Part shown: in pieces, positions 55,989-64,000 of the stretch | How the letters are laid out: every line of letters starts with the position of its first letter | Position numbering within the stretch: the stretch's first letter is position 1 | NCBI GenBank assembly: GCA_000406005.1 | Contig: ASZN01000007.1 | Span: 937 to 64,936, forward strand | Direction of reading: 5' to 3' | Length of the DNA stretch: 64,000 nt | Source of the DNA: Candidatus Poribacteria bacterium WGA-3G | GTDB lineage: Bacteria; Poribacteria; WGA-4E; WGA-3G | Notes under the pieces: generated by a model | The model's input: the letters and a program-made list of their open reading frames with translations, nothing else | Databases searched by the model: none | What the model was told of the DNA's origin: nothing | Made by a program: the position numbers and the translations under genes

Positions 55989-58900
55989 GTGAACAAAAAG
56001 TCCAACCAGAAAAACACGAGAATCTCATTTGCCAAATCAAAAGTTCGGACGAAACTCCCGAATCTTATAGAAACCCAAAAACTTTCGTATGACGCCTTTT
56101 TACAGCGAAACGTCTCACCTAATGAACGAGCAGATGCAGGCCTCCAAGCCGTGTTTAAGGAAATATTTCCGGAAGAAGATACGGAGAAAGGCATTAAAAG
56201 TGGCATTCGCGATTTTTCGGAAGCCAACAGCCTTGAATTCGTCAATTACACCCTCGGTACACCGAAATATACCTTACAAGAGTGCATCGCGCGCGGGGTA
56301 ACCTATCAAGTATCCCTCACAGCACGCATCATGCTCATCCTACGCGAAGAAGACCCAGACGCCGACGAACCGCACGTCGTAGATATCCGAGAATCAGATG
56401 TCTATCTCGGCGAAATACCATTAATGACAGAGAACGGTAGTTTTATTGTTAATGGCAGCGAACGTGTGATCGTGAGCCAGTTACATCGCTCACCAGGTGT
56501 CATCTTTCTTGAAAAATCGTTACCGACTGGAAGACGTACGCTGACAGCGCAAATCATCCCGTATCGAGGCGCATGGGTCGAATTTGAAATAGATACCAAG
56601 GATCAGATTTATGTCCGAATCGACAAACGCAGAAAATTGCCGGCTACAGTGCTACTCCGCGCACTCGGATGGCAGACCGATGCCGACATCCTGAAACTTT
56701 ATGCCAAAACGGAACGCCTTGTACTCGCCGGATGGCAAGTTACATCCGTTGAAGGACCCGCAATACAGGTTAAACCGGGCGATTTACTCGACCCCGCAGA
56801 AGTCCGACAGGCGAAAAAGGATTATCCAGATATTGAGGTCGAGAAGTATTATCGCGTTACTAAACCTGAGAAAGATTGCCCGCTTGAAGTCGGGCAAGGA
56901 CTGACATCTCAAGAACGCACAAAGCACCGCAGAAAATGGAAAGGGTTTGAAACAGAACTGTTCCAACGCGTCGTTGATACCCACAACAGTGGCTGTGAAT
57001 TCAGAATCGGGCAGGTACTAACGAACTCAGAATATGAGGAGGCGCGCACACGATACGAGAAAAAAGCGTTCACTGCTGAGCAGATCGTACCCGATAACGC
57101 CCAGGACAGGGTCTGTGCTAAAGACATTAGCCATCAAGAAACCGGAGAAGTACTCCTTACAGCAAATACGCTACTCACAGAAACCGAGTTGGAACGTCTC
57201 AAAGAGGCCGGCGTTGAAGCACTCACAGTACTCGATGAAGAGGACTGCCAGCATATTGGACTTTTGCGCAACACCTTGGGAAGCGACCGACAAGCAGACT
57301 ACGGTTCACAACACAGCCTACAGGATGCAGCACTCCTTGAGATATTCCGCGCACTGAGACCCAGCGATACACCCAGTCCAGAGAATGCCCGGAAGCACCT
57401 CTCATGGCTGCTTTTTGACGCACACCGGTATGATTTAGGCGTCGTTGGAAGGTATAAACTCAATCAAAAATTTGGGCGTGTTTGCCAGTATTTTAATTTA
57501 ACGCCGGATGAGGCACGCGGACGCAAAGTCGAACAGACGCACGATTATATACCCATTTATGGCGATCTCCCAGAAGAAACACTCCGCACACTGCGTCCCG
57601 AAGATATCGCTGCCACAATTATGTACTTTCTTGATGTACATAATGGGCTTGCACCGATAGACGATCTCGACCACCTCGGAAATCGACGCGTTCGCGTTAT
57701 CGGTGAGCTCCTGGAGAACCAGTTCAGAATGGGTTTACTCCAGATTCGCAGAACCACCCGCGAACGATTGAGCACGAACAACGATATAGCGAAAGTGGTG
57801 CCGTCTTCACTCGTAAACCCGAAACCACTTATGATGGCACTTCGCGAATTCTTCGGGTCAAACCAATTGTCGCAGTTCATGCAACAAATTAATCCGCTCG
57901 ATGAATTGACCCACAAGCGCCGTATCTCAGCAATCGGCCCGGGTGGGCTCCATCGCGATAGAGCAACTGCCGCCGTTCGGGACGTGCACCGGACACATAA
58001 CGGACGCGTTTGCCCATTGGAGACACCGGAAGGACCATCAATCGGACTCATCGTCTCCCTCGCCTGCTACGGACGCATAAATCGTTACGGTTTTATGGAA
58101 ACACCTTACAGCGAACGCGGATGGATTGTGACCGAAATCTTTCATCCAAAATGCCCACTTGAGATTGGACACGAGATTTGCAGTACCGACTATCGCAGTA
58201 CGCTTAAAGACTATCCGGGTTTCGCCGCTGTTGAACATTACGAAACAATCAATGAAATAGGCATTCGGTTGAAAGTTAACGAAACGTCTACTAACGCAGA
58301 ATCAGAAAAATCGGAAGACTTAAACATTGAGCGAGTTTGGCAGATTACTGAAATCTATCATCCAAACTGTACTTTCAAAATTGGAGAAACTATTTCCGAT
58401 ATCGACTATTGGCAGGCACGGCAAAGCTATCCGGGAATCAATGTGGTTCGCTCTGAAACTTTCAACGCTATTGAATATCTAACAGCCGATGAAGAAGATA
58501 CCGCCAACGAAGGGCAACCCGCCCGCATCGCAGCAAAAGCGACACCGCGCAACGTCGTAGAAAACGGTAACTCGGATGCTTCAGGCCACCTACTACCTGT
58601 CCGTAGTGGTGAAGATGTACTCTCCCTTCCGATGGAAAAGATTGATTACATCGGGGTCGCCCCGCAGCAGATTGTCGGTATTTCCGCAGCACTCGTCCCA
58701 TTTCTCGAACACGAAGACGCAAACCGCGCATTGATGGGCGCGAACCACCAACGCCAAGCCGTCCCACTCATCCGTCCACAAGCACCACTCGTCGGAACCG
58801 GAATGGAAGGCCCCGCAGCACGGTACTCAGGCGCACTCATCACAGCAAAACGCGCCGGAACCGTCACAAGTGTTTCCGCTGAAGAAATCCTTATCTATAC

Positions 58901-61697
58901 AGGCGAAGCACTCCACCACGATGAAGGTGAAAATACGTTCAGCGAGATGGGATACGATGTCTATAAACTTCAAAAATTTAAGAGAAGCAACAGCGGCACC
59001 TGTATCCATCAACGTCCAATCGTCGCAGTCGGGGAGAACGTCGAAGCAGAACAAGTTATCGCTGACGGTACCTCCACGGAAAACGGTGAACTCGCACTCG
59101 GTCGAAATATCCTATGCGCTTACATGCCCTGGGGCGGACACAACTACGAAGACTCCATCCTTATAAGTGAAACGCTTATCAAAGACGATACTTTCACCTC
59201 TATTCATATTGAGGAATTTGAAGTTGAGGCGCGCGAAACCAAAGTCGGCCCAGAAGAAATCACACGCGACATACCAAACGTCAGTGAACAACGACTCAGC
59301 CAACTCGACGAAGAAGGGATTATACGCATCGGGAGCGTTGTTAAAGCCGGCAGCATCCTTGTCGGAAAAATTACACCGAAAGGTGAAAGCGAGTACGGAC
59401 CAGAACAGAAACTCCTACAAGCGATCTTCGGTGAAAAAGTTAAAGACGTACGCGACGCATCCACTTATGTACGTCCAGGGGTTGAAGGTGTCGTTATTGA
59501 TGTGAAGGTATTTTCACGGAAAGTCGAGGCAACACAACAGCAAGGCAACTGGAAACAGGGCGACATCGGAGCAGCGAAGGCTAACGATCCTACCCAACTC
59601 CGATACCAATCGAAACGTAAGCAAATTGAGGAAAATTGGCAACAACAGACCACTTCAATCCGCCGCCGAAGAATTGAAGAAATTCGCAATACGCTCATCG
59701 GATGCGAACTCACAGACCCACTTTTAGGGGTCCGTGGCTCCGAACCGCTCGCGAATACCGGTGATACACTGACTCCCGAGATGCTCGACGCTTATACCGA
59801 CGGTTCCATCGCCGAGGAGTATTACACGGTGACGGAAGATACCGCCGAAGAAGCCTTTACTGCTGAACAACACTACAAGGTCACGAGCGTCCCTGAACCC
59901 ATACCGACATTAGCACTTTACACCCCAGACGATGCAGATGATGGATACGATGCAGATGATGGATCCATAGACCCAGACAACGATGAATCTGAAGACTTCG
60001 ATTTTGAAGTGATCGGAATATCCGAAGCGTCAACACCGGGGCTGCTCACCGCAGTCCAGGAATATTTCGGACGCGTTTGTGAGCCGCTCCTCGGAAATAC
60101 CGAAATAAATCTCGAAGAAGATATAACCGCAAGTGAACAGGTCGTACACGCCGGTATTTCACTGATCGGTGCTGATCGGAGTGTCGTCGCAATCGCTTTA
60201 CACAAAGATGCACACTCTGATGACGAAGACACCAAAGATGAATCGGACACCGACTATCTCAACGAAGCGCTCGCTGCAGCCGACGCACGATTCGGTGTAC
60301 TCCTGACAGATGACCTCGAACCCGATAACTGGGAATTCTACGAACTCGACGATAACGCTGAATTAAAAACCCAAACGCGCCCAGAATTTGAGCAGGCTGT
60401 CGTCAGGCAAGTCGAAGATACCGGATGCCCATTCGTTGAAGACGAAGAATTTTCTGAAATCGAATGGAAGAACGTCAGTGAAATCTATTCCGATTTACAA
60501 GCAGACCCATTTTGGCAAATTAAGGAGGTCTTTGATCCGACGTGCCCATTAACACCCGGACAAAACCTTACCGATACGGATTATCAAAAGGCGTGTAGCG
60601 ATTTCCCCGCACACCCTGTAGCTGCCGGACAGCGATTGACTGCAGATGAGCTCCAGGAACTCACGAAGACTGCCAAAGACCCAAAAACTGAAAGCGTGTG
60701 GCACGTTACCGCCGTTTTCGACCCGAAATCTCCACTATCGGTCGGAGAATATGTTTCTGACGCTGACTATCAGAAAGCATGTAAAGCGTGCAGTTTGGCT
60801 TTTTCGGACATCAGCGTTACGGACCCCGAGGTACGAGAACATATTCAACGAATCGAAGAGATGGCACAGGGTCGGATAACCGCTTACACCGAAGAAAAAG
60901 AACAGGCACTTCAACAATTAGAGATGGGGGACGAACTTAAACCGGGGGTTATCAAGCGTGTCAAAGTCTATGTTGCCAGCAAACGTCCTATCTCTGTCGG
61001 CGATAAAATGGCAGGACGCTACGGGAACAAAGGCGTTGTCGCCAAAATCTTGCCTGCGGAAGATATGCCATACCTACCGGACGGTACACCCGTCGAATTG
61101 GTATTGAACCCGTTAGGCGTGCCGTCGCGTATGAACGTCGGGCAAATCTTGGAAATTCACCTCGGATGGGCGTGCCACGAACTCGGTAAACGCGTCGAAT
61201 CCCCTGTATTTGACGGCGCAACCGAAACCGAAGTCTTTAAAATGCTCGATGATACCGACCTACCCGCACGGAGCAAACAGACGGGTAAAAGCATACTCTT
61301 TGACGGTAGAACCGGCGAACCCTTCGCACAGGAAATAACAGTAGGATACGTCTATTTCCTCAAGTTGAACCACCTTGTCGCAGATAAGATGCACGCACGC
61401 TCCACCGGACCTTATTCCCTCGTCACACAACAACCGCTCGGGGGTAAGGCACAGCACGGTGGGCAACGGCTCGGTGAGATGGAAGTTTGGGCATTGGAAG
61501 CTTACGGCGCAGCACACACGCTCCAAGAAATGCTCACCCTCAAATCAGATGATGTCCTCGGCAGAAGAGAAATATACGAATCGGTGGTCAAGGGACTAAA
61601 CCCCGACCCACCAGGAACACCGGAATCGTTCAAAGTGTTAGTCCGTGAACTCCAAACCCTCGGACTCCACGTATCCCTCGACCCAGATGATGAGTAG
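55989..61697 (+). CDS. rpoB: DNA-directed RNA polymerase subunit beta, 1902 aa with several lineage-specific insertions
   Basis: Conserved blocks: GSFIVNGSERVIVSQLHRSPG, RRKLPATVLLRALG, NPLDELTHKRRISAIGPGGL, FLEHEDANRALMGANHQRQAVP, GDKMAGRYGNKGVV, and YFLKLNHLVADKMHARSTGPYSLVTQQPLGGKAQHGGQRLGEMEVWALEAYGAAH. Confidence 0.95.
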   Translation: MNKKSNQKNTRISFAKSKVRTKLPNLIETQKLSYDAFLQRNVSPNERADAGLQAVFKEIFPEEDTEKGIKSGIRDFSEANSLEFVNYTLGTPKYTLQECIARGVTYQVSLTARIMLILREEDPDADEPHVVDIRESDVYLGEIPLMTENGSFIVNGSERVIVSQLHRSPGVIFLEKSLPTGRRTLTAQIIPYRGAWVEFEIDTKDQIYVRIDKRRKLPATVLLRALGWQTDADILKLYAKTERLVLAGWQVTSVEGPAIQVKPGDLLDPAEVRQAKKDYPDIEVEKYYRVTKPEKDCPLEVGQGLTSQERTKHRRKWKGFETELFQRVVDTHNSGCEFRIGQVLTNSEYEEARTRYEKKAFTAEQIVPDNAQDRVCAKDISHQETGEVLLTANTLLTETELERLKEAGVEALTVLDEEDCQHIGLLRNTLGSDRQADYGSQHSLQDAALLEIFRALRPSDTPSPENARKHLSWLLFDAHRYDLGVVGRYKLNQKFGRVCQYFNLTPDEARGRKVEQTHDYIPIYGDLPEETLRTLRPEDIAATIMYFLDVHNGLAPIDDLDHLGNRRVRVIGELLENQFRMGLLQIRRTTRERLSTNNDIAKVVPSSLVNPKPLMMALREFFGSNQLSQFMQQINPLDELTHKRRISAIGPGGLHRDRATAAVRDVHRTHNGRVCPLETPEGPSIGLIVSLACYGRINRYGFMETPYSERGWIVTEIFHPKCPLEIGHEICSTDYRSTLKDYPGFAAVEHYETINEIGIRLKVNETSTNAESEKSEDLNIERVWQITEIYHPNCTFKIGETISDIDYWQARQSYPGINVVRSETFNAIEYLTADEEDTANEGQPARIAAKATPRNVVENGNSDASGHLLPVRSGEDVLSLPMEKIDYIGVAPQQIVGISAALVPFLEHEDANRALMGANHQRQAVPLIRPQAPLVGTGMEGPAARYSGALITAKRAGTVTSVSAEEILIYTGEALHHDEGENTFSEMGYDVYKLQKFKRSNSGTCIHQRPIVAVGENVEAEQVIADGTSTENGELALGRNILCAYMPWGGHNYEDSILISETLIKDDTFTSIHIEEFEVEARETKVGPEEITRDIPNVSEQRLSQLDEEGIIRIGSVVKAGSILVGKITPKGESEYGPEQKLLQAIFGEKVKDVRDASTYVRPGVEGVVIDVKVFSRKVEATQQQGNWKQGDIGAAKANDPTQLRYQSKRKQIEENWQQQTTSIRRRRIEEIRNTLIGCELTDPLLGVRGSEPLANTGDTLTPEMLDAYTDGSIAEEYYTVTEDTAEEAFTAEQHYKVTSVPEPIPTLALYTPDDADDGYDADDGSIDPDNDESEDFDFEVIGISEASTPGLLTAVQEYFGRVCEPLLGNTEINLEEDITASEQVVHAGISLIGADRSVVAIALHKDAHSDDEDTKDESDTDYLNEALAAADARFGVLLTDDLEPDNWEFYELDDNAELKTQTRPEFEQAVVRQVEDTGCPFVEDEEFSEIEWKNVSEIYSDLQADPFWQIKEVFDPTCPLTPGQNLTDTDYQKACSDFPAHPVAAGQRLTADELQELTKTAKDPKTESVWHVTAVFDPKSPLSVGEYVSDADYQKACKACSLAFSDISVTDPEVREHIQRIEEMAQGRITAYTEEKEQALQQLEMGDELKPGVIKRVKVYVASKRPISVGDKMAGRYGNKGVVAKILPAEDMPYLPDGTPVELVLNPLGVPSRMNVGQILEIHLGWACHELGKRVESPVFDGATETEVFKMLDDTDLPARSKQTGKSILFDGRTGEPFAQEITVGYVYFLKLNHLVADKMHARSTGPYSLVTQQPLGGKAQHGGQRLGEMEVWALEAYGAAHTLQEMLTLKSDDVLGRREIYESVVKGLNPDPPGTPESFKVLVRELQTLGLHVSLDPDDE

Positions 61698-61929
61698 TTA
61701 TCAATTTTCAGTACGATTTTTCTCCGAAAAATCTTTCAGTTTTCAGTAGTTGTCAGTTAACAGTACCCAGTTTTCAGTTAAGAGACTTTGGCGAATCAGA
61801 ACCCTCTTAACTTTGACCAACAACTCGATTTCCGATATTTTAAAATAGGCGCGAGTTGTCGGTCAAAACTGTTAACTGAAAGGGAACGTACTCGTTCCCG
61901 TACTGACAACTACCCAAAAAGGAGACCTG

Positions 61930-64000
61930 ATGAACACGGCATTTGACAGCATCTCCATAAAGATAGCCTCGCCTGACCAGATAAAAGACTCAGCGAAGGA
62001 AACCAGTTGCAAATATCGGAAACCCGCTGACGCTACAGATGGAACCTTTAACTGCCCTGAGAAAGGTACCTGCAACTGCGGCGAGGTCAAGAAAGCGGAG
62101 ACTATTAACTACCGATCCTTTCGACCGGAACCCGAAGGCCTTTTTTGTGAGGCGATCTTCGGACCGCAAAAAGATTGGGAATGTAACTGCGGAAAATATA
62201 AGCGAATTAAACACAAAGGCGTGATATGTGACCGCTGCGGCGTTGAGATCACCCAGCAACGCGTCCGTCGAGACCGGCTCGGATATATACAACTCGCCGC
62301 ACCCGTCTCCCATATCTGGTACTTCAAGGGACTCCCATCACGCATCGGCCTCTTCTGCGGACTCTCCACGCGTGATGTTGAACGTGTCCTCTATTTTGAA
62401 GGCTTTATTGTTGTTGAGGTACTTCGGATAGTGACCAAGGTATCTGATCCAGATTGTCCATTGGAAGTTGGGGACATTGTTTCTGATACAATAGGGAATG
62501 CTACTCTATCCAATACCGACTACCGAAAGATGCAAAAGGACTATCCAGGAGGTTTTAGGGCTGAGATACCCTGGCGCGTTGAAAGTGTCCCCGCGGAATG
62601 TCCATTAGAGGTGGGAGATTTAATCTCTGACTATTCCGATGTTCAGAAGGACTATCCGGATTTGAAAGCCTCAATATGCTGTTCCCTTGAACCTAGACAA
62701 GTGTTAACCGAGATAGAATATCAGGAGAATATTAATAGTACGTGGTATAGGTCCCAAAGTGAATGCCGCTTCATTGTTCGTGAAGGTCCAAAAATCTATA
62801 ATACTGAATATAGGACCGAGTATCTACACAAGGATAAATTTCGAGCCGGGACCGGGGCTGAAGTCATTCGCGAGATTCTTAGCAACATCGATCTCGAAGA
62901 AAAAATAAAAGAACTCACCCAAGAACTCGAAGAAACCACGAGCCAACAGAAACGGCTTAAAACCTCCAAGCAGCTAAAGCAGATGTCAGATTTTGCCGCG
63001 GCTGAACAGCGACCCGAATGGATGATCCTTGATGTCATTCCCGTCATACCACCGGATTTAAGACCCCTCGTACCGCTTGAAGGTGGACGGTTCGCAACCA
63101 GCGATCTCAACGATTTATACCGCCGGGTTATCAACCGTAATAATCGACTCCGGAAACTCATACAACTCCGTTCCCCAGAGGTGATCCTCCGAAATGAAAA
63201 ACGGATGTTACAAGAGGCCGTTGATGCCTTCTTCGACAACGGAAGGCACGGTAGACGCGTCACCGGACCCGGGAACCGACCCCTCAAATCCCTCGCTGAG
63301 GTACTCAAAGGGAAAATCGGACGGTTCCGACAGAACCTGCTCGGGAAACGTGTTGACTACTCCGGACGGAGCGTCATCGTTGTCGGACCCGAATTGGGGC
63401 TACATCAATGTGGTATCCCGAAACAGATGGCGGTCGAACTGTTTAAACCGTTTATCATTGAGCGACTTCAGGCTTACGGCTATACGCAAACGATTAAGCG
63501 GGCAAAGCATATCGCCGAACACGTTGACTCCGATTCACCTGTCTGGGAAGTTGTAGAGGAGGTCATCGCCGACCACCCTGTTCTGCTCAACCGTCCACCG
63601 ACGCTGCACCGCCTCGGTATCCAAGCGTTTTTACCGGTGTTGGTCGAAGGTAAATCCATCAGGATTCCGCCACTCGTCTGCAAGGCGTTCAACGCAGATT
63701 TTGATGGCGACCAGATGGCTGTACACGTACCACTGACAGTAGAGGCACAAGCCGAAGCAAAACTGCTCATGCTCAGCAGCCATAACATCCTGAAACCCTC
63801 ACACGGTGACCCTATCGCTGTCCCTGAACTTGATATGGTACTTGGACCCAGTTTCTTGACAAAGACACTACCTGAGTATGCTGAAGATGCCGCACTTTTA
63901 CACGAGGCATACACAACGAGTGACACCTCTCTTTTCGATGAAATTCGTCAGAAACCTTGGTATCACCGCCGCTACTTGCACCCAGAAGATGTTATTACCG
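61930..64000 (+). CDS. rpoC: DNA-directed RNA polymerase subunit beta-prime, 3' partial (runs off the window)
   Basis: GGAGA RBS. Zn finger [33 protein letters not shown], and the catalytic NADFDGDQM at about 63690. The frame is open to nt 64000. It is absent from the ORF track only because no stop lies in the window. Confidence 0.9.
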   Translation, partial: MNTAFDSISIKIASPDQIKDSAKETSCKYRKPADATDGTFNCPEKGTCNCGEVKKAETINYRSFRPEPEGLFCEAIFGPQKDWECNCGKYKRIKHKGVICDRCGVEITQQRVRRDRLGYIQLAAPVSHIWYFKGLPSRIGLFCGLSTRDVERVLYFEGFIVVEVLRIVTKVSDPDCPLEVGDIVSDTIGNATLSNTDYRKMQKDYPGGFRAEIPWRVESVPAECPLEVGDLISDYSDVQKDYPDLKASICCSLEPRQVLTEIEYQENINSTWYRSQSECRFIVREGPKIYNTEYRTEYLHKDKFRAGTGAEVIREILSNIDLEEKIKELTQELEETTSQQKRLKTSKQLKQMSDFAAAEQRPEWMILDVIPVIPPDLRPLVPLEGGRFATSDLNDLYRRVINRNNRLRKLIQLRSPEVILRNEKRMLQEAVDAFFDNGRHGRRVTGPGNRPLKSLAEVLKGKIGRFRQNLLGKRVDYSGRSVIVVGPELGLHQCGIPKQMAVELFKPFIIERLQAYGYTQTIKRAKHIAEHVDSDSPVWEVVEEVIADHPVLLNRPPTLHRLGIQAFLPVLVEGKSIRIPPLVCKAFNADFDGDQMAVHVPLTVEAQAEAKLLMLSSHNILKPSHGDPIAVPELDMVLGPSFLTKTLPEYAEDAALLHEAYTTSDTSLFDEIRQKPWYHRRYLHPEDVIT

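Noticed and set aside
62796-63926. 170-aa and 148-aa minus-strand ORFs at the end of the window
   Set aside because: They lie antisense to the open rpoC frame. That frame contains unmistakable beta-prime motifs, including NADFDGD.

Overview
64-kb chromosomal segment of an unidentified bacterium, probably from an uncultivated lineage, with moderate GC by eye. Housekeeping blocks are hisI-trpE-trpG (25.6-28.1 kb). A long minus-strand run (31.6-46.6 kb) carries panB, sucD, proS, pgk, sucC, folK, a yceD-rpmF-fabH-fabD-fabG-acpP-fabF cluster without plsX, hom and tRNA-Pro(GGG). Further on are htrA, a stand-alone EF-G, an unusually large rpoB (1902 aa) and the 5' part of rpoC (48-64 kb). Four accessory regions lie between them. 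(i) 0-8.7 kb holds a 5'-truncated Eco57I/PglX-type methyltransferase, a truncated FRG gene, and two PIN-type TA pairs that share a duplicated promoter/leader module. It also holds a SAMHD1-like HD phosphohydrolase overlapping a Panacea-like gene. (ii) 11.9-17.6 kb holds a cobalamin riboswitch in front of three uncharacterised secreted or membrane proteins. (iii) 17.6-25.5 kb looks like a defence island. It carries a 1103-aa GHKL-ATPase/nuclease-like protein and an inverted-repeat-bounded insert with a promoter-to-terminator tRNA-like RNA. It also carries a TIR-TPR protein, a nucleotidyltransferase-fold gene pair and a second orphan promoter-to-terminator transcript. (iv) 50.0-51.4 kb holds an HNH-less IscB relative (IsrB) with an upstream omega-RNA-like region, sitting in the remains of a Zn-dehydrogenase gene. 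Several hairpin or MITE-like repeat families mark the junctions. The best candidates for something new are the B12-riboswitch operon of unknown surface/membrane proteins, the GHKL / TIR-TPR island with its two small RNAs, the HD + Panacea pair, and a ~35-aa module repeated in both RNA polymerase large subunits. All domain calls come from reading motifs by eye. No database search was run.
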